Source: a virus
Taxonomy: Duplodnaviria; Caudoviricetes
Strand: one strand, 5' to 3'
Virus record (IMG/VR): IMGVR_UViG_3300008259_002461
Length of the DNA stretch: 64,000 bases
Shown here: positions 1 to 10,337 of the stretch, one piece after another
Layout: each line of letters starts with the position of its first letter
How positions within the stretch are numbered: the first letter of the stretch is position 1
The notes under the pieces: model-generated
The model's input: the letters and a program-made list of their open reading frames with translations, nothing else
What the model was told of the DNA's origin: nothing
The model's database searches: none
Position numbers and translations under genes: made by a program

Positions 1-253
1 TAGTAAAGGTTGTAGATCCACTGGTAAATGTGTGTATTCTATATCCACCTGTGGTACTAAGTGTACCGCCAGAACCTAGTGCAGATCCTTCGAGGGTTAC
101 CCAAACAGTTCCGTTGTATACTTCATTTCTTGCGTTATCGGTATTGTATCGAATCATTCCAGCACTTGGAGTGACTGGACGTTGTGCAGTTGTTCCACTA
201 GGAAGTTGAATAAATCCACTATCGTTTACTGTTACATTTTTTAACGTTGCCAT
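1..253 (-). CDS. Gly-rich adhesin/fibre-tip paralogue 3 (partial, runs off the window start; absent from the ORF track)
   Basis: ATG at 253; manual translation MATLKNVTVNDSGFIQLPSGTTAQRPVTPSAGMIRYNTDNARNEVYNGTVW...GGYRIHTFTSG, collinear with the two upstream paralogues; no stop before position 1. Confidence 0.9.
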   Translation of the reverse strand, partial: MATLKNVTVNDSGFIQLPSGTTAQRPVTPSAGMIRYNTDNARNEVYNGTVWVTLEGSALGSGGTLSTTGGYRIHTFTSGSTTFT

Positions 254-256
254 TTA

Positions 257-1285
257 TTATATCCTATATTTCACAATAACCACACCCGGGCCGCCCAAGC
301 CTGCTGGATTTTCGCCGCCTGGGTGAGCACCACCTCCACCTCCACCACCTCGGTTAGTTCCACCAGCTGTAGCTACTGCGCCGCCGTGTGTACCTGAATT
401 TCCTGTGCCGTCGCCGGCACCACCTGGATCTGGACTATGGCCGTAGGCAGGATTAACGTGTGTTCCGCCAGCACCGCCAGCTGCATAAATTACTGCTGAG
501 CCGCCTATTGCATTTGTAATTCCCTGTCCGCCGTGACAGCGAACCCAATTAGAATATCTGCTAGTACCCGGATTTGGATATCCTGGGCCAGTGCCGTGGT
601 GACCGTATCCGCCTGGATGTCCTTGTCCTATTACGCCTGTACCGCCTGGATGTTCACCGGGATAGCTGGTATATACTGTACCTGGAGTTCCGTTTCCGCC
701 TGGACCGCCGCCACCTGAACCACCGCTCATTGCAGGAATTGTACTGCCTGCACTATATTGGCCACCTTTGCCGCCGCCCACTGCTTCGATGTTTGCATTT
801 GGTCCAACAAAACTTGATGGACCGCCGGATGTTCCTTCATCTGAATAGTGATGGAATCCGCCTGCGCCACCGCCACCTCTATTAATTGTATAATTCTGTC
901 CACCTATGACCGATACTGCTGATTCATAAACGTATCCGCCTGCACCGCCTCCGCCGCCGATTGGAGCGCCACCACCGCCACCACCTACTACCAATACTTC
1001 TGCTCTACCTGTATAAGGAGCACTAAAAGTACCACTGCTAGTAAATGTATGAATTCTATAGCCGCCTGCTGTTGTAATAGTACCGCCGGTTGCTATTGTG
1101 GTTCCTGAACCTGCACTTATTGACCCGTCTGCTGTTTTCCAAACTCCGTTAACATACTGTTCAACTTCGTTAGTAGTAGTGTTAAATCTAAAATCACCGT
1201 TGGTATTGGTTCTTGCAGCAGTATTACCTACGGCTGCTTGTATAAATCCAGTGTCGTTTACTGTTAAATTCTTTAGCGTTGCCAT
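257..1285 (-). CDS. Gly-rich adhesin/fibre-tip paralogue 2 (342 aa)
   Basis: MATLKNLTVNDTG N-terminus, GYRIHTF motif, repeated GGGGGxG runs, C-terminal GGPGVVIVKY. Confidence 0.85.
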   Translation of the reverse strand: MATLKNLTVNDTGFIQAAVGNTAARTNTNGDFRFNTTTNEVEQYVNGVWKTADGSISAGSGTTIATGGTITTAGGYRIHTFTSSGTFSAPYTGRAEVLVVGGGGGGAPIGGGGGAGGYVYESAVSVIGGQNYTINRGGGGAGGFHHYSDEGTSGGPSSFVGPNANIEAVGGGKGGQYSAGSTIPAMSGGSGGGGPGGNGTPGTVYTSYPGEHPGGTGVIGQGHPGGYGHHGTGPGYPNPGTSRYSNWVRCHGGQGITNAIGGSAVIYAAGGAGGTHVNPAYGHSPDPGGAGDGTGNSGTHGGAVATAGGTNRGGGGGGGAHPGGENPAGLGGPGVVIVKYRI

Positions 1286-1287
1286 TC

Positions 1288-2313
1288 TTAACCTCGATAT
1301 CTTACAATAACCACGCCTGGACCACCTGGGCCGCCGCCTTGTGGTTCTGGTGAATATGGACCACCACCACCACCACCACCTAAGTTAGTGCCGCCAGCTT
1401 GACCGTTTTGACCCGGAAGTGTATTTCCTAAACTGCCTCTACCTGCAAGAGTTGATACTCCGTGACCTGGGCTGTGATAGCCGCCGCCACCACCGCCTGC
1501 TCTCCAAACTACACCGCCGCCAATGTTTGATGCCATGCCTTCACCGCCACGACCTTGTTGATTACGATTTGAGCGTCCGTAGCCCATTGAGCCTGCGCCA
1601 CCGCCTCCACCACCACCATAGTGTGTACCTGTAGGAGTTCCGTTATAATGAGCACCTACGCCACCTGGGTGTCCTTGTCCTGCTGTTCCAGCTGCTCCAG
1701 CATGTATAGTTTCTGGACCACCATTCCATCCTGGGCCACCACCACCTGATCCACCGCCACTAGTTGGTTGACTACCTGGGGGATAATGACATCCTCGGCC
1801 ACCGCCTGTTGCTACAATTGATACTGGAGTACCGCCGCCAAATGTGCTAGGATTACCTGAAGTACCATCATTTGCACTATGACTTGAACAGCCATTGCCA
1901 CCTGTTCCAACAACTGCGGGATACGCAGTTCCAGCAACTACAGGAACTCCGCTAACATAGATATAGCCGCCTGCGCCGCCTCCACCTGAAATACTGTGGC
2001 CTCCGCCACCGCCTGCAATTGTTAGTACTTCTACAACACCGTCTTTGGTTGGTGTAAATTGTTGTGTTCCAGAAGTAAATGTGTGAATTCTATATCCTGC
2101 TGCGGTAGTGATTGCTCCGCCTGTACTAGCATTACCTACTGTTGACTCTTCTACACGTACCCAAGCACTACCATTCCAATATTCATTAGATGCAATATCT
2201 GTATTGTATCTTATCATACCAACCGTTGGACTACCTGGTCGCTGTGCGTTTGTTCCGCTAGGAAGTCTGATAAACCCAGTATCGTTTACAGTAAGATTTT
2301 TTAATGTTGCCAT
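1288..2313 (-). CDS. Gly-rich adhesin/fibre-tip paralogue 1 (341 aa)
   Basis: Same architecture as 257..1285; LPSGTNAQRP...GMIRYNT module followed by poly-Gly runs. Confidence 0.85.
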   Translation of the reverse strand: MATLKNLTVNDTGFIRLPSGTNAQRPGSPTVGMIRYNTDIASNEYWNGSAWVRVEESTVGNASTGGAITTAAGYRIHTFTSGTQQFTPTKDGVVEVLTIAGGGGGHSISGGGGAGGYIYVSGVPVVAGTAYPAVVGTGGNGCSSHSANDGTSGNPSTFGGGTPVSIVATGGGRGCHYPPGSQPTSGGGSGGGGPGWNGGPETIHAGAAGTAGQGHPGGVGAHYNGTPTGTHYGGGGGGGAGSMGYGRSNRNQQGRGGEGMASNIGGGVVWRAGGGGGGYHSPGHGVSTLAGRGSLGNTLPGQNGQAGGTNLGGGGGGGPYSPEPQGGGPGGPGVVIVRYRG

Positions 2314-3167
2314 TACTTAGCTGCCCTTAATTCATTAATTTCTTGTTTTAAAGTTTTAATAGATTCAATTAGATAAGCTGTTAATTTAGTATATTTAATA
2401 CCTATAGTGTTACCTAGGTCATCTTTAGTAACTAAGTCTGGTAACACTTCATCTGTCCATTCAGCAATCAACCCTGCTTCGTGTTCTTTATTATCAATAC
2501 GATCGTAAGTTACGCCACTTAGTTTTAAAATGCTGTCTAGTGCATTCTCAATTGGCAAAATATTTTCTTTTAATGTTATACTAGAAGTTTCAACAATGCC
2601 TGCCGCAGTTAATTGACCACCAACACCTACTCCACCTGTAACTACTAATGCTCCGTTTGTAACAGCATTTGATACTGTACTTGCTGTTACACGCATCTCT
2701 GTTGAACTCAATACTCCTGTACTTGGCACAAAAGTTAGTTTAGTACTGCTTACAGATACTGTTGACACTGTTCCTGTAGTAGCAGTAGTAATTGCTGGAT
2801 AATATACTGCTGTGTCAGCTGCTTGGTTAGCCACACTAACGAATGGAGCAACCCAACTCAAATCTCCGCTTGCGTTACTTCTTAATACTGTATTATCAAC
2901 GGCTGCGGCTGGAAACGTATAAGTTACGTTAGCACTAACAGTTGCGGGTGCCCTAAGTGCTACAAAATTGCTAGAGTCAGCATCGGCTAATCTTAAACTA
3001 TTTTGAGCATTAATCTGCATAGAACTAACAGACTGCACAATGCCAGAGCCATTTGGTTCTAACAATACATTAGCATTAGACACTACAGATTGAATACTAT
3101 TATTAACGGTAGTTAGGCTACCTAGCACTGCTCGACCTACTTTACCTGATGTGATTTTTCTAGACAT
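2313..3167 (-). CDS. Short tail fibre with C-terminal intramolecular chaperone (peptidase S74-like) domain
   Basis: TSSITLKENI...GVTYDR...AGLIAE...IKYTKLTAYLIESIKTL followed by a coiled-coil end; TAATG overlap with the next gene. Confidence 0.85.
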   Translation of the reverse strand: MSRKITSGKVGRAVLGSLTTVNNSIQSVVSNANVLLEPNGSGIVQSVSSMQINAQNSLRLADADSSNFVALRAPATVSANVTYTFPAAAVDNTVLRSNASGDLSWVAPFVSVANQAADTAVYYPAITTATTGTVSTVSVSSTKLTFVPSTGVLSSTEMRVTASTVSNAVTNGALVVTGGVGVGGQLTAAGIVETSSITLKENILPIENALDSILKLSGVTYDRIDNKEHEAGLIAEWTDEVLPDLVTKDDLGNTIGIKYTKLTAYLIESIKTLKQEINELRAAK

Positions 3168-3186
3168 AATCTATTTCCTTGGATTT

Positions 3187-3507
3187 TTATACTGTTGATG
3201 TTTCTATTCCGTAGACAACAACATCAGTGTTTGCTTGCGTTGAATAGGCATAAATTGTCCTACCATTTTGTATTACAACACCGCCACGTTCTAATACTCC
3301 ACCTGGTAAAACTTCTGCATTATATTCAATGTAGTTACCTGGTGCTGGTATATTAGGATTAACTGCTAATGCTATTCGCACATTAATTGCTGTTGCATTT
3401 TTATTACAAATGCTTATAGTTACCACACTAAATGTATCTGCGGGCGGGCCGTATATACTTGTGTAGGTTGTTGCTGCCAGGGCAGCATTTGCTAAAATTC
3501 CGTTCAT
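3187..3507 (-). CDS. Small (106 aa) beta-rich virion protein, paralogue of 16602..16931 and 29085..29441
   Basis: Shared pattern Y-x-x-P...V..I-C-N...LPGG.L...V-V-I; lies directly after a long fibre gene. Confidence 0.7.
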   Translation of the reverse strand: MNGILANAALAATTYTSIYGPPADTFSVVTISICNKNATAINVRIALAVNPNIPAPGNYIEYNAEVLPGGVLERGGVVIQNGRTIYAYSTQANTDVVVYGIETSTV

Positions 3508-3523
3508 GTTATTTGTTCTCCAA

Positions 3524-6500
3524 TTATCTTAAGAAATAGTTATATGCTAGAGGTAATCCTAAAACTGTGCCGTTAAACACTACATTACCTTTTATATTTA
3601 TCGGAGCGCCGCTTACAGTTGTAATTGTATTGGCACCAACAAATATGTCACCTGCTGTTACTGAGTTTACATTCAATGAAGCGCCGCCGCCACCGATCTG
3701 TGCTTCAATGTACGCTTTAACAGCTCGTTGAGTTGGCACAATATTATCTGAGTTAGCAGTAAAGAATGGATCTGTACTAAATTCAGTAATACTTGCTGAG
3801 TTACCACCTAGTGTAACTTCACCTAAACTTAACTCTTGTAGTCCTGCAATATTAAATGCATCAGCATTAAGTGTTGCAACACCTGTACTCTGCTCAATAC
3901 TAAACAAATCGCCAACTCGGAAATTACCGTCTTGGTCAGTAGCTGTGAAGAATACTCGTCCACCATTTGAATCAACTGTTTCGTTAGCTTGAATAGGTTG
4001 TTGTAAAGGAGTGTTTGGATAATTTGTAGTATTAAATCCGCCAGTACCAATATCTAAGAAATCGTGACCAGTTAATCGAACTTGCGAGAATCTAATACGT
4101 AGTTCTACTGCTTCGTTGTTAGCTAATCGAGTACCTACTGGAATAGCAGGACTTACTTGTAAAAATCCTGTGTACGATCCTGGACTAGTTCCTAAGAAAC
4201 TAACAGTATTAACTAATTTAAAGAACTGTCCAGGTAAACTATCAAACACTATGTTTGATCCTGATACTGGCTGCTGTGTTAGTCTCTTCACAGCAATAAA
4301 TGTACCGTCCTGTATAAAGTCTGCACTACCGTTAGAATTTTGACTATCAATTTCTGCACTTGCAGTAATGAACCCAGTTCCTCTGTTAACAAATGTAGGA
4401 TTAGCTATTGCTCCGCTATTTAATCTTGCTTCTACTACTACATCGTCAATATTGTTAGGATCAGTGACTGTAATAGTTGGTGCACCGCTGGTATAGCCAG
4501 AGCCTGGTTCAATTAGTCGTATTTCAAATATCTGTTCGTTACTAACGCCAGCTCTACCTCGAGCTCTAGCTCCAATTCTTGCATCAAGGCCTGCTGTTGT
4601 AGTACCTGAACCAATTAGTACAAATTTGCCCGTTCTAGCTGGATTACCAAATGCTACAGCAAAATATCCTGTGTTTGGTAAGCTGGTAACTGCTGTCCAT
4701 ACAATTCCATCTTCTGAATGGTATAATGCTGTTGTTGTAGTTGTTACAACAAATACACCTTGTCCGTATGCAATGTTGTTTGTAGTTATGCTTCCTGCAA
4801 TAGTTACAGCACTACTCCAAGTAATACCATCTAAACTGTATGAGCAAGTGCCGTCACTAGCTAGAGCAACAAATCTACCATTACCCCAAGTAATATCATT
4901 CCAAGTTTTGTTTGGTAGTCCTGAACCTGCTGTCCAAGCAATGCCGTCAGTGCTATATACACTATTAGTAGTACCGCTCTTAATAGCTACAAACAATCCC
5001 TTTCCGTATGCAATAGGAAGATATCCAAGTGCTGGTAGAGCATTTGTTGTTAATGACCAGGTTGCGCCGCCGTTGTCTGAATATGCTACATCTCTGTAAC
5101 CTTCTGCGATTACAACAAATCTACCAATGTTGCTTGTAACTTGTCCAAATGCAACATTTGTTTGATAGCCAGCACCCGTTGGTATTGTACTAGTGCTCCA
5201 TACATCACCGTCATTTGAATATGCTGCTGTTGTACCTGCTGTAACAATCACAACACTTTGTTTAAATGTACTTGATCCATCGTTAATTAGTCCGCTAGCA
5301 ATATTTTTGTATGAACTAGCACTAGCAGGTAATACCTCTGCACTCCAAGTTACACCATCTATACTCTTTTGAGCACCAGTACCGCTGTTAGGTATTGCAA
5401 GGAATAAACCTTTTCGTGCAAGACCTGTAAAGTCGTAGTTGACTACTGCTCCTGTTACACTATTGATACTAGTAATAATTACTGTAATATCGTTGGCAGG
5501 GCTTGCGCCACCAACAGATGTGCCTGCAATAGTAATTGTATTACCTCTAACATAATTAGATCCTGCACTGTTAGTTGTTAGGTAGTATCTTTCGCCGTTA
5601 CGTGTAATGTTGAAAGTTAATCCTGTACCGGCGCCGCCTGTAGTTGTAACGGCTGTATATTGTGCAGAAGTTTCAAAATAATGCGCATTTGCATAATTAC
5701 TACTGCTAATAGTTGTAGCTGTTGTTGTCTTAGGAGGAGCTGTAAAAGAAATAGCTGGTTCAATCAAATAAGTTGACGAACTGTTAGGTGCTACAATGGT
5801 TGTGCCTGGAATAACATGATCCCATCCAGCTGCACCGTTACTTTCTCTTATTACCTCTGCTTCTTTAGAACCAGCATCGTAAGTGCTTATTATACCATAG
5901 TTACCAATACCTGCGCCGCCTATGATATACACTTTCATTCCAACATAAGCTGTACTTAAAGCACCATCAGTTGCTGATAAAAATACACTAGTTGTTGTTC
6001 CGCTCTGTGCAACGTTACTTACTCGAACATAGCCACTTCCACCTAGCGGTGCAGGTGTAGCTGGCGGAATAACTGTTTCTAAATCAACTTTAACATTTAT
6101 AACAGCATTGTCGCGGAACTCGTCAGCTACAACTACATCCCCAGTTCCAGCACCAAAAATATCAATTACAGCTTCAGTATAATCGTTACCTGCATGGTTA
6201 AATTCAAATCCTAGTAGCTGATTGTTATCAGTGAATACATTGCTAATTGTAGCACTATATTGGGTTTGATTATCAACTACTGCTGTTACAGGAGTTTCGT
6301 CAGGGTCAACACCTTCTGCTACAGATCCAAAGTCACCGTAGGAGTTGTTGCCGTTGGTTGCACGAATTCTGCCACCAGTTTCTGCTAGGTAGCCAATATG
6401 AGAGTAGTATGTAAATACAGATACAAGTTCTGCTCTACCGTTATTAGTAATCCATGCACCAATACCGTCTGAAATAACCTGAGTAAAGTCGTTGGATGTT

Positions 6501-9500
6501 ATAGAATCGTTGCCGCCGTTATGCAGATTACCGTCAACTTTTTGTCCGATAGCCGCATTACCAAATGTTGTTAGACCCTGTACATACGGTGATCGTGTTA
6601 TGATCCATGTAGTAAAGTCGTCTGGTCCCCAGCCTGGATCTAAGCTAGCGTAAGCACCAGCTGTCACCCGACTTGTACCAAATTCGTTTGGTGGTGTTAA
6701 ATCTCCATTTAATCCGTTTAATGTACAATCTCTTAAGCCAGTTGCATCGCGTAAGTAGAACATGTCTTCTTCTCTACTGCCTCGTACTGCGTTAGCATAA
6801 TAACGAGATACATAGCGAGATTTGTAGTTGCCTGGATATTTTAGATCATACTTTAGTGCATCAATGTATAGTCCAACATCGCGTAAGCACAACTCTACAT
6901 CATATGTATATCCTGGATAAGTTTGTGCTACATATGCTGCAACTTCTGCTACAATAAAGTTTCTATTACGCTCAAGCTGTAGTCTTGCGTATTCTCTATT
7001 TTGATTTTCAGTTTGACATACACTACCTTCGCTAGATCCGCCAAATATGATTTGATCTACAATTCTGTAGCTTTCTGTTAATCTTGCCTCAGCTGTAGCA
7101 TTACTCATTAATCCTAATGCTGTGTTTCTAGCTACTGTTAAACTGTTACGAGTAGCTTCTTTGATTCTATCATCTCTATCAAATAATTCTGAAGATGTTA
7201 ATCTTAAGTATGCGTGTGCTGCTTTTAATGTTTGATAATTGCTATTAAACATAAAGTCAAAAGCTACTGCCTTAGCAACGATTGCCGCGTCTCTACGAGC
7301 CTTTGTAACACTGTAATCAACATCTGAATAATTTGTAGCTAGGTATGCTTCTACAGCATCTTGTATAGCGTCAAACCCGCTGGCACTGATTGCAGTATAG
7401 TCACTAATTAGTGCTGTTGTAGTATTAACGCCATTTGCTGGTGTAGGATCAACTAGTGTTACAGTTGTACCTACTGCACTTGGTCCAACATCTAATATTT
7501 CTATAATGTCTTCAACATTATTAGCAATCTGTGTTATACTTCCAACATTACCTGTAAGCGTTTGTGTTACTAACGTTTGTCTAGGACTAACAACAGTAGT
7601 ATTGCCTGCTATGCTTTGTAACGTAGTTTTTAAAAAATTTAAAGAATTAATAGTTGCAGTTTTAATACTTGCTGGAATTTGAGGCTGTGTATTATCATCA
7701 CCGTCCCAATAAGCTAATCCTGCTGCAACACTTAATGCATTTCCGCCATAGGTCAAATCATAGACTAATGCATCAATTATATATCGTGCATCTCTGCGAG
7801 TTTTAGTTTTGCCGTAACGTAGCGCAGGATATTCTTCTGCTAGGTATGCAATAACTTCTGCTATTGCAAAATCTATATTAGTGCGAATATTTTGTCTTGC
7901 ATTTAACAAACTAGTACTATAACCAGTTGGGTTTGTTAAGTATGCGCTGTGCATAGTATCTAACAGATAATCTGCACGATACTTCATTACTTTAACTAAG
8001 TCGTATACAGCATCGCTTTCGGCTTGAATCGCCAACGGCCATTCTTGACTTTGTAATTCGTTGTTACCTACGGTAGGTGTTACTGTGACACCTTTGACTA
8101 CGTTAGACACTACATCGGCAATTCTATCAAATGTAGCGATTGTATATACTGAATCACCTGCTGGTACTGTAGATCCTTGAGCAATAATTTGTGTAGAACG
8201 AAGTTCGTCACCTTGTACACAAGTATAAGCTGGCACAATTATTGGTAGAGTTTCAAAATGCTTACCAGTAGATACTTTTATTAGACTAAAAGAAACTTCT
8301 CTAGCTGGTATTGAATTCACATTGCCTGTGCTTATTGCTGTAATAATAATATTAGCTAATTCTGTTATTCTAGTAAGTGCGCCTTGTTCAATGCGTAAGT
8401 TAACATTGAAATATTGATCTACGATAGCTACTGAATCATCTACAACATTTTGATAAATTACAGTTGGTGCTTCATTTGCAAGTACGGCTTGTATTAATAC
8501 TAGCATGCGGTTGTATGCAGCCACGCTTTGTAGTCTTTCGCTTGCTAAATCTCCGTACGGGCCAGTTCCGTTATTTTCTGCGGCTGTTGAGAACGGACCG
8601 TCTGCAAGTGCATTAAGGAATGTTTGTGCAGCGGCTCTAGTTTTTAAATTGCCACCGTGGCCTAGATCATGTAAAATTTTATCAAGAACAATTCCAACAT
8701 CGCGTTCGCATTTTAAAGTATCGTACTCAAAATTTTCCCAGATGCTACCTATTGTAGCACTTGCAACTTGATCTCTAATCCAAGCAGTTATTTCTTTCTG
8801 TATAAACACTCGGTTTGAGTCAAGCATAAATTGTGCTCGTTGATTCTTAATTCCCTGTTCAACTTGTTCACATGCATAGCGAATAGTTTTAAATGGTCTA
8901 TCAACACTTCCACCGTAGATAGGATACTCTCCGTCTACACCGTGTTCAGCAACATAGTACACATCTTCAACACTGCTTAAAAATTCCCAGTTAGGTAAAT
9001 TATTTGCACTAACTGTTAGTACTTGTCCATTTTCACCAATTGGTAATCTTGCTGGTGCTGAACCTGTAAAATAAACTAAGTCGCCAATTTCTGCTAGTAC
9101 ACTTTGTTCAGTGCCAACTGCTATAATATTCCAATATTGACTACTGTTTACTAGATCTGGTCTACTACCTGGATCACCGCCAAAAGTAGATCCGTCGTCG
9201 CCTTCTGATATATGTCCTTGTATACAAATGTATGAGTTATCACCAAATCGAACAACGTCACCTTCGTAGTACTCTTGGTCGTCTAACCATACATTGCGCC
9301 ATCTAAATCCGCTGTTAATCTGTTTCCAATATTCTGCATCAGGTGGTTGTTGTGCAGTTGTATGATCTTTAACGCACACATAAGTGAATCCGCCAAGACG
9401 AATAACTTCGCCTACTTTATAATGTTGGTTAGCACTGTCTTCGTTCCAGTCGCCAATGAAACGAAACCCTTCAGTGAACAAGTCCCAGTCGTCATTGACG

Positions 9501-10294
9501 CTGGTTGGAATGACTGCTAAATTAGTTGATCTGCTTATGTACTGATTTCCGCCGTAGCGAATAACATCACCGTCTTGATATTTTACAAATGGGCTCCAAT
9601 CATTTTCATATTGGAAGCCTTCTACAAATTTAGACCAATTAGCGTTATCAGTACCAAAGTCTGCAGATGCAGTATGTGCTACTGTACTAATCCAAACTCC
9701 TGCACCGTAACGAACTAAATCGTTAACTTTGTATCGGATTCCTGAAGTCCAAGTTCCTTTAAACTCAATTCCTTGATTAAAATAATCCCACTTGTCTTGA
9801 TTAGCTTCTAATCCCAAAGAAGCTGTAGCGGCAGACGTATGCAATTCATTACACACATAAGTAGTTCCGCCGTATTTAACAAAATCATTTACACGATAAC
9901 GAGTGCTTGGAGTCCAAGCACCTTTCCAGTCTAGTCCTTCAGCAAAAGCATCCCAGTTAGCAATATCGGCTTCGAGACCGGCATTAACATCAGCTGTAGA
10001 TGTATGAACAGTATTTGCAATGTATAGTCTAGCACCATATTTAACTATGTCATCAAACACATAACTTGTGCTAGTAGTCCAATCGCCTTTCCATATTTGG
10101 CCATCGCTGAGCAAGTTCCATTTTGGTGGAACAAGATTAAAGTCTGAGAAAAAGTTGGGTTGACTAGTGTGTCCAATAACGCAAATATATATTTTTCCAC
10201 CAAATGCAATTACGTCATCTTGGTAATACACCGTAGATGGTGTCCACACGTTTTTCCAAACAAATCTGATTCTACCTAGTTTAAATTCTGCCAT
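3524..10294 (-). CDS. Giant modular fibre/spike protein (2256 aa): 7 N-terminal CBM5/12-like repeats, helical repeats, beta-helix, Asp-box/BNR propeller
   Basis: W-x5-Y-x2-D-x-V-x-[YF]-G repeats; SPYVQ...NNGRAELVSVFTYY beta-helix motifs; S-x-D-G-x-x-W Asp-boxes at about 4620-5400; own late promoter and GGAG SD. Confidence 0.8.
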   Translation of the reverse strand: MAEFKLGRIRFVWKNVWTPSTVYYQDDVIAFGGKIYICVIGHTSQPNFFSDFNLVPPKWNLLSDGQIWKGDWTTSTSYVFDDIVKYGARLYIANTVHTSTADVNAGLEADIANWDAFAEGLDWKGAWTPSTRYRVNDFVKYGGTTYVCNELHTSAATASLGLEANQDKWDYFNQGIEFKGTWTSGIRYKVNDLVRYGAGVWISTVAHTASADFGTDNANWSKFVEGFQYENDWSPFVKYQDGDVIRYGGNQYISRSTNLAVIPTSVNDDWDLFTEGFRFIGDWNEDSANQHYKVGEVIRLGGFTYVCVKDHTTAQQPPDAEYWKQINSGFRWRNVWLDDQEYYEGDVVRFGDNSYICIQGHISEGDDGSTFGGDPGSRPDLVNSSQYWNIIAVGTEQSVLAEIGDLVYFTGSAPARLPIGENGQVLTVSANNLPNWEFLSSVEDVYYVAEHGVDGEYPIYGGSVDRPFKTIRYACEQVEQGIKNQRAQFMLDSNRVFIQKEITAWIRDQVASATIGSIWENFEYDTLKCERDVGIVLDKILHDLGHGGNLKTRAAAQTFLNALADGPFSTAAENNGTGPYGDLASERLQSVAAYNRMLVLIQAVLANEAPTVIYQNVVDDSVAIVDQYFNVNLRIEQGALTRITELANIIITAISTGNVNSIPAREVSFSLIKVSTGKHFETLPIIVPAYTCVQGDELRSTQIIAQGSTVPAGDSVYTIATFDRIADVVSNVVKGVTVTPTVGNNELQSQEWPLAIQAESDAVYDLVKVMKYRADYLLDTMHSAYLTNPTGYSTSLLNARQNIRTNIDFAIAEVIAYLAEEYPALRYGKTKTRRDARYIIDALVYDLTYGGNALSVAAGLAYWDGDDNTQPQIPASIKTATINSLNFLKTTLQSIAGNTTVVSPRQTLVTQTLTGNVGSITQIANNVEDIIEILDVGPSAVGTTVTLVDPTPANGVNTTTALISDYTAISASGFDAIQDAVEAYLATNYSDVDYSVTKARRDAAIVAKAVAFDFMFNSNYQTLKAAHAYLRLTSSELFDRDDRIKEATRNSLTVARNTALGLMSNATAEARLTESYRIVDQIIFGGSSEGSVCQTENQNREYARLQLERNRNFIVAEVAAYVAQTYPGYTYDVELCLRDVGLYIDALKYDLKYPGNYKSRYVSRYYANAVRGSREEDMFYLRDATGLRDCTLNGLNGDLTPPNEFGTSRVTAGAYASLDPGWGPDDFTTWIITRSPYVQGLTTFGNAAIGQKVDGNLHNGGNDSITSNDFTQVISDGIGAWITNNGRAELVSVFTYYSHIGYLAETGGRIRATNGNNSYGDFGSVAEGVDPDETPVTAVVDNQTQYSATISNVFTDNNQLLGFEFNHAGNDYTEAVIDIFGAGTGDVVVADEFRDNAVINVKVDLETVIPPATPAPLGGSGYVRVSNVAQSGTTTSVFLSATDGALSTAYVGMKVYIIGGAGIGNYGIISTYDAGSKEAEVIRESNGAAGWDHVIPGTTIVAPNSSSTYLIEPAISFTAPPKTTTATTISSSNYANAHYFETSAQYTAVTTTGGAGTGLTFNITRNGERYYLTTNSAGSNYVRGNTITIAGTSVGGASPANDITVIITSINSVTGAVVNYDFTGLARKGLFLAIPNSGTGAQKSIDGVTWSAEVLPASASSYKNIASGLINDGSSTFKQSVVIVTAGTTAAYSNDGDVWSTSTIPTGAGYQTNVAFGQVTSNIGRFVVIAEGYRDVAYSDNGGATWSLTTNALPALGYLPIAYGKGLFVAIKSGTTNSVYSTDGIAWTAGSGLPNKTWNDITWGNGRFVALASDGTCSYSLDGITWSSAVTIAGSITTNNIAYGQGVFVVTTTTTALYHSEDGIVWTAVTSLPNTGYFAVAFGNPARTGKFVLIGSGTTTAGLDARIGARARGRAGVSNEQIFEIRLIEPGSGYTSGAPTITVTDPNNIDDVVVEARLNSGAIANPTFVNRGTGFITASAEIDSQNSNGSADFIQDGTFIAVKRLTQQPVSGSNIVFDSLPGQFFKLVNTVSFLGTSPGSYTGFLQVSPAIPVGTRLANNEAVELRIRFSQVRLTGHDFLDIGTGGFNTTNYPNTPLQQPIQANETVDSNGGRVFFTATDQDGNFRVGDLFSIEQSTGVATLNADAFNIAGLQELSLGEVTLGGNSASITEFSTDPFFTANSDNIVPTQRAVKAYIEAQIGGGGASLNVNSVTAGDIFVGANTITTVSGAPINIKGNVVFNGTVLGLPLAYNYFLR

Positions 10295-10312
10295 TTTTTA
10301 ACTCCGCTCGTA

Positions 10313-10319
10313 TATTTAT
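10313..10319 (-). promoter_or_regulatory. Late promoter ATAAATA
   Basis: Intergenic, upstream of the 2256-aa gene. Confidence 0.7.
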
Positions 10320-10337
10320 CATAAGATGTATCATTAA

